64,000 nucleotides of DNA from an uncultured bacterium (GTDB lineage Bacteria > Babelota > Babeliae > Babelales > Vermiphilaceae). Shown here piece after piece: positions 62,901 to 64,000 of the stretch. Numbering within the stretch: the stretch's first letter is position 1; each line of letters opens with the position of its first letter. The notes beneath the pieces were generated by a model. It had not been told where the DNA came from, ran no database searches, and saw nothing but the letters and a program-made list of their open reading frames with translations. The translations under genes were made by a program, and so were the position numbers. Location of the stretch: NCBI GenBank assembly GCA_963707655.1, contig OY970172.1, positions 384,001 to 448,000 on the forward strand, read 5' to 3'.

Positions 62901-64000
62901 AATAGCGGAACCGCAACCCCGGCAAGTAACAACTTGAATATTCTCGGCTCACCTACTCAGGGGATTACCACTGCGGGTAGCGGATCAACCATTACTATCA
63001 GCGGCATTAATGCGACATCATCACAAAAAGGTATCGCTTCGTTTAGTCCGACAAATTTTACGGTGACCGGCGGCAATGTAGTCTCCAAGATTTTCTCCAT
63101 TAATCCGGGCACTGGCTTGACCGGTGGCGGCTCATTGACTTTGGGCGGGTCAATAACCATCTCATTATCTACACCAGTTTCAGTCGCCGACGGCGGAACC
63201 GGACTATCAACATTGACCGCACACAACGTGCTTCTTGGTGAAGGCACTTTAGATGTAGCCTTTGCTGCGCCAGGAGCGGCAGGAATTCCATTAATTTCAA
63301 ATGGCGCTAGCAGCGATCCATCATTTGGCACCGCGGTTGTAGCCGGTGGTGGAACGGGCGCAACAACATTAACAACGCATAATGTGATCTTGGGTGCAGG
63401 CACCGCAGCTGTAGGCTTTGCTGCCCCAACCGCTACAACCGGTATACCGTTAATTTCTAACGGTTCTTCTGCCAATCCATCATTTGGCACCGCGGTTGTA
63501 GCCGGTGGCGGTACCGGGCAAATAAGCTTTACACCCTATGCGCCCATTATTGCCGGCGCTACTTCAACAAGCGCTCTTTTAAGCGCAACAAGCGGCATAG
63601 CAAACAGTGGTTATGTGTTCACCAGCACCGGCGCGTCAACATCACCAACATGGCAAGCGGTTCCTGCTTCAAGCATTACCGTTACCGGTGATACCGGCGG
63701 CCCGTTAACCGGAAATAGCTTCACGTTCACCGGCGGCACCACCGGATTAAAGTTCAACGGCGCAGGAACAACAGAAACATTAGGCGGTACATTAGTCGTT
63801 GCCAATGGGGGCACCGGTGCAACAACCCTTACCGGTGTTCTTATTGGCAATGGCGCATCTGCCATTACCGGCAATCCAATTACCCAATATGATGTGTTGG
63901 TTGGTGGCGCGAGTAATGCTATTAGTTCTGTTGCCCCTTCAACAACAACTGGCATACCGTTAATTTCTAATGGTTCTTCTGCCAATCCATCATTTGGTAC
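53992..64000 (+). CDS. Giant secreted fibre protein 2 (>3300 aa, runs off the window); indels near 56432, 58055 and 58841
   Basis: N-terminus paralogous to fibre 1. The frame from 58842 (codons at positions divisible by 3) holds at every point checked to 64000, and the antisense shadow ORFs stay in one frame. It is probably absent from the ORF track because no stop is reached. Confidence 0.85.
55201..58925 (+). repeat. Three tandem ~1242-bp (414-aa) intragenic units
   Basis: Unit start gt.ac.tc.gt.aa....ggcaataatatatc recurs at 55201, 56442, 57684 and 58926. Confidence 0.85.
59640..61860 (+). repeat. Block near-identical to part of fibre gene 1 (about 47800-47940 and 48180-50270)
   Basis: Long near-identical runs, e.g. 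48181 vs 59768 and 49560 vs 61147 (offset about 11.6 kb). Confidence 0.8.

Noticed and set aside
47740..63985. Many minus-strand V/P/A-rich ORFs of 60-213 aa
   Set aside because: Antisense shadows of the G/T/N-rich fibre genes; they track the sense frame and repeat with it
46889..64000. Prophage
   Set aside because: Only fibre-like genes with signal peptides and a terminator; no terminase, capsid, portal or integrase in the window
30492..64000. Diversity-generating retroelement acting on the OMP or fibre paralogs
   Set aside because: No reverse transcriptase, and differences between repeat copies are not adenine-specific by eye
1..64000. tRNA, rRNA, transposase or dif site
   Set aside because: No cloverleaf, rRNA, transposase motif or XerC/D dif consensus recognised by eye

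Overview
Chromosomal window from an AT-rich bacterium. Gene families and layout suggest an intracellular protist parasite such as Candidatus Dependentiae/Babelota (TM6); this is an inference. The housekeeping backbone is carD-miaA-SPOR-ppiD-recA-infC-rpmI-rplT-zapB-zapA-rny-ymdB on the minus strand, plus dnaK, ychF, hspR-like/htpX, maf, uppP and ftsK. Three expanded paralog systems sit in it. (1) At 18.7-22.1 kb, five small secreted 'MFKK...AM[D/T]' proteins resemble Ras-association/ubiquitin-like beta-grasp domains. Each is preceded by the same promoter-plus-palindrome element, and one gene ends in a copy of the dnaK 3' end. This is a candidate co-regulated host-mimicry effector array. (2) At 30.5-43.0 kb, six tandem 610-675 aa Cys-rich secreted proteins have beta-barrel-type C-termini, a visible recombination junction and a compensated intergenic hairpin. 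(3) From 46.9 kb to the window end, two giant signal-peptide genes are built from phage-tail-fibre-like modules. The first ends in an S74 chaperone domain. The second has 1242-bp tandem units and runs off the window. Single-base indels in both giant genes and in ftsK are probably partly assembly errors. No tRNA, rRNA, CRISPR array, integrase or transposase was recognised.
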